Below are positions 61,901-64,000 of a stretch of DNA of 64,000 bases, piece by piece. The notes under the pieces were generated by a model. The model was given only the letters and a program-made list of their open reading frames with translations. It was not told the DNA's origin and ran no database searches. Position 1 is the first letter of the stretch, and each line of letters starts with the position of its first letter. Origin of the DNA: an uncultured delta proteobacterium. GTDB taxonomy: Bacteria; Desulfobacterota; Desulfomonilia; Desulfomonilales; Desulfomonilaceae. Where the stretch lies: assembly GCA_963789265.1 (NCBI GenBank), contig CAWBKB010000001.1, positions 928,001 to 992,000 of the forward strand. The letters are read 5' to 3'. Position numbers and translations under genes: made by a program.

Positions 61901-63322
61901 ATGATGGCCCAACAAATCGTCATAGAGCCGATAACCCGCATAGAAGGTCACGGCAAGATTACGATACAACTCGATTCAAGTGGCAAAGTGAGCGATGCCC
62001 AAGTTCATGTAACCCAGTTCAGAGGATTTGAAAAGTTTTGTGAGGGCCGTCCTTTCTATGAAATGCCTTCGCTTGTGGAGAGAATCTGCGGCATTTGTCC
62101 GATTAGTCATTCGGTAGCCTCGGCCAAGGCGTGCGACGCAATACTCGGAGTGCTTATTCCGGCACCTGCAACTAAACTCCGGCGATTGCTCACTTGCGCA
62201 TCGTTTATCCAGTCACACGCGTTGAGCTTCTTCCATCTTTCAGCGCCTGATTTGCTCCTCGGCATGGATGCCGATCCTGCCAAGCGTAACATTTTCGGGG
62301 TCGTGGAAGCCAACCCTTCTATCGCGATGGACGGAATTCGCCTGCGGCAAATCGGGCAGCAGATCATCGAATGGTTCGCAGGTAAGCGCATTCATCCGTC
62401 GTGGGTTGTTCCCGGAGGGGTCAATGAAGCTCTCACGGAAGAGCATCGGCAAAAGATGCTCTCGCTGATCCCGGAAGCATACGAGATCGTGGACCGCACG
62501 CTGATCTGGTTCAAGGGGGCTATGGACAATTACCGCGACGAGATCCGCACATTTGCCAACTTTCCGACCATGTTCCTGGGCCTAGTAGATAACAAGGGAA
62601 ACCTGGAGCACATGGACGGCACTCTCCGTTTCATCGACTCCAAGGGGAGATTTGTGGCTGACGCTGTGGACCCCGCTCGTTACCAGGAGTATATCGGTGA
62701 AGCGGTTGAACCTTGGTCCTATCTAAAATCGCCGTACTATGCGCCGGAGGGATATCCGCAGGGCATCTACAGAGTGGGACCCGCGGCTCGGCTGAACGTT
62801 TGCAGCGGTTGCGGTACACCTAAGGCGGACCAGGAGTGGGCTGAGTTCACCAAACTGGAGCGTGGGCCAGTCCTGAGTTCGTTCTACAATCATTACGGAC
62901 GACTCATTGAGATTCTGTACTCGATAGAAGTGATGGAGAAGCTCCTGAACGACCTCGACATTCTTAGCCCTCACGTGCGGGCGTTTGCAAGGCCGAACCA
63001 TTACGAGGGGATTGGAGTGGTGGAAGCGCCGCGAGGCACTCTGATTCACCATTACAAGGTTGACGAAGAGGGGCTTATCACATGGGTCAACCTAATCGTT
63101 GCCACAGGGAACAACAATCTCGCAATGAATCGCGGGGTTCTTCAGGTTGCAAAACAGTTCATCACCGGGGATAAGATTTCTGAAGGAGCGTTGAACCGAG
63201 TTGAGGCTGTGGTCAGGGCGTTTGATCCATGCCTGAGCTGCTCGACTCATGCGATTGGCGGGTTGACATTTCCCATTCAACTGGTCGGTCCTGACGGGAC
63301 TGTTTTGGACGAGGTGCGGTGA
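61901..63322 (+). CDS. hoxH: NiFe hydrogenase large subunit HoxH (group 3d)
   Basis: TRIEGH, RICGIC (L1), EAPRGTL, FDPCLSCSTH (L2) plus a cleavable C-terminal tail. Confidence 0.94.
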   Translation: MMAQQIVIEPITRIEGHGKITIQLDSSGKVSDAQVHVTQFRGFEKFCEGRPFYEMPSLVERICGICPISHSVASAKACDAILGVLIPAPATKLRRLLTCASFIQSHALSFFHLSAPDLLLGMDADPAKRNIFGVVEANPSIAMDGIRLRQIGQQIIEWFAGKRIHPSWVVPGGVNEALTEEHRQKMLSLIPEAYEIVDRTLIWFKGAMDNYRDEIRTFANFPTMFLGLVDNKGNLEHMDGTLRFIDSKGRFVADAVDPARYQEYIGEAVEPWSYLKSPYYAPEGYPQGIYRVGPAARLNVCSGCGTPKADQEWAEFTKLERGPVLSSFYNHYGRLIEILYSIEVMEKLLNDLDILSPHVRAFARPNHYEGIGVVEAPRGTLIHHYKVDEEGLITWVNLIVATGNNNLAMNRGVLQVAKQFITGDKISEGALNRVEAVVRAFDPCLSCSTHAIGGLTFPIQLVGPDGTVLDEVR

Positions 63323-64000
63323 CAATTACAACGTATTGGGATTTGCAGCCCAAATAACGAACTTGGGAAGACAAATCGCCGGAAGTGGGCTAAGGCGACC
63401 ATGCGTTATGCGTATGGTCGTTTCTTCCTTGAGGTGTTCAATCCGTTCGATCTCTGGCGAGTTTCCTCACTGCGATGCGTGATCTCTTGTGGCATGATGT
63501 GTGCGGCGCACGTTATTGCGTGAGCACTATCGGTTTCAAAGCAAAATTGGTCACAAGGTGTTGGATCAGATCCGGAGTGAACCAGGCGCGACTGTCCAAC
63601 AGCTTGGTCGAGTCGCCCGTCCACATAAGCAGCCGTTCCGTCCGTGCTGGCTCAAATATTTGCTGAATGAACTCTCTCCAAATAAGTTTTGCAAGAATAT
63701 CCGCAATTGGAGCGTAGCCAGGACAGTCCAGGTGGGATCCGAAGAACGAAGCGAACCGCATGCGTAACTAAAGAAGGGCGTGTAATCCAAACGATGGCGT
63801 TCTGGCTGGTCACCACGTGCCGCTGGCCTACGCTGTAGGATAGCCTGATCAACATCGCTGCACCTGTTTGATGTCGTAAGCAAAGCGCAGATATAAACCT
63901 ATAAGTCAGCTAAATGACAAGAGATATGGCCGTTCTTCAGTTTGACACCCCGTGAGAATTGTATTAGTGTGCAACTTGGCCAGAAGGCGTGTCAGGCATG

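Noticed and set aside
61901..63322. NiFeSe hydrogenase
   Set aside because: The L2 motif is DPCLSC with Cys codons and no in-frame UGA.
63513..63761. Short ORF ending like the hybrid cluster protein C-terminus
   Set aside because: Resemblance is limited to about 18 residues; the upstream Hcp motifs are absent.

Overview
Bacterial chromosomal window, probably from an anaerobic deltaproteobacterium (Desulfobacterota/Desulfomonile-like; inferred from gene content only). Core blocks: tRNA-Gly(CCC)-rimP-nusA-ylxR-infB-DUF503-rbfA-DHH, a PpiD-like chaperone, mreBCD-mrdA-rodA, thiME, and a sigma54-preceded hoxEFUYH bidirectional NiFe hydrogenase operon. Accessory content: qNor, acyl-CoA ligase, Hsp20, a small defence patch (single-chain restriction-modification enzyme, HEPN-like ORF, PIN and antitoxin fragments), a cecR-ybhGFSR-like ABC exporter, PAS sensors and a BrnTA pair. 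Main observations not evident from the ORF track: (1) an NtrX-like receiver and degenerate AAA+ domain fused to an intact LpxC; (2) a GrdB/PrdB-family selenoprotein split at an in-frame UGA (U-P-F-C) with a SECIS-like hairpin; (3) a 35-aa Phe-rich leader peptide and a five-segment attenuator ahead of a DAHP synthase-prephenate dehydratase fusion; (4) MITEs with verifiable target-site duplications wrapping REP-like hairpins; (5) single-base frameshifts clustering at GTAC sites. All family assignments come from motif recognition by eye; no database searches were run.
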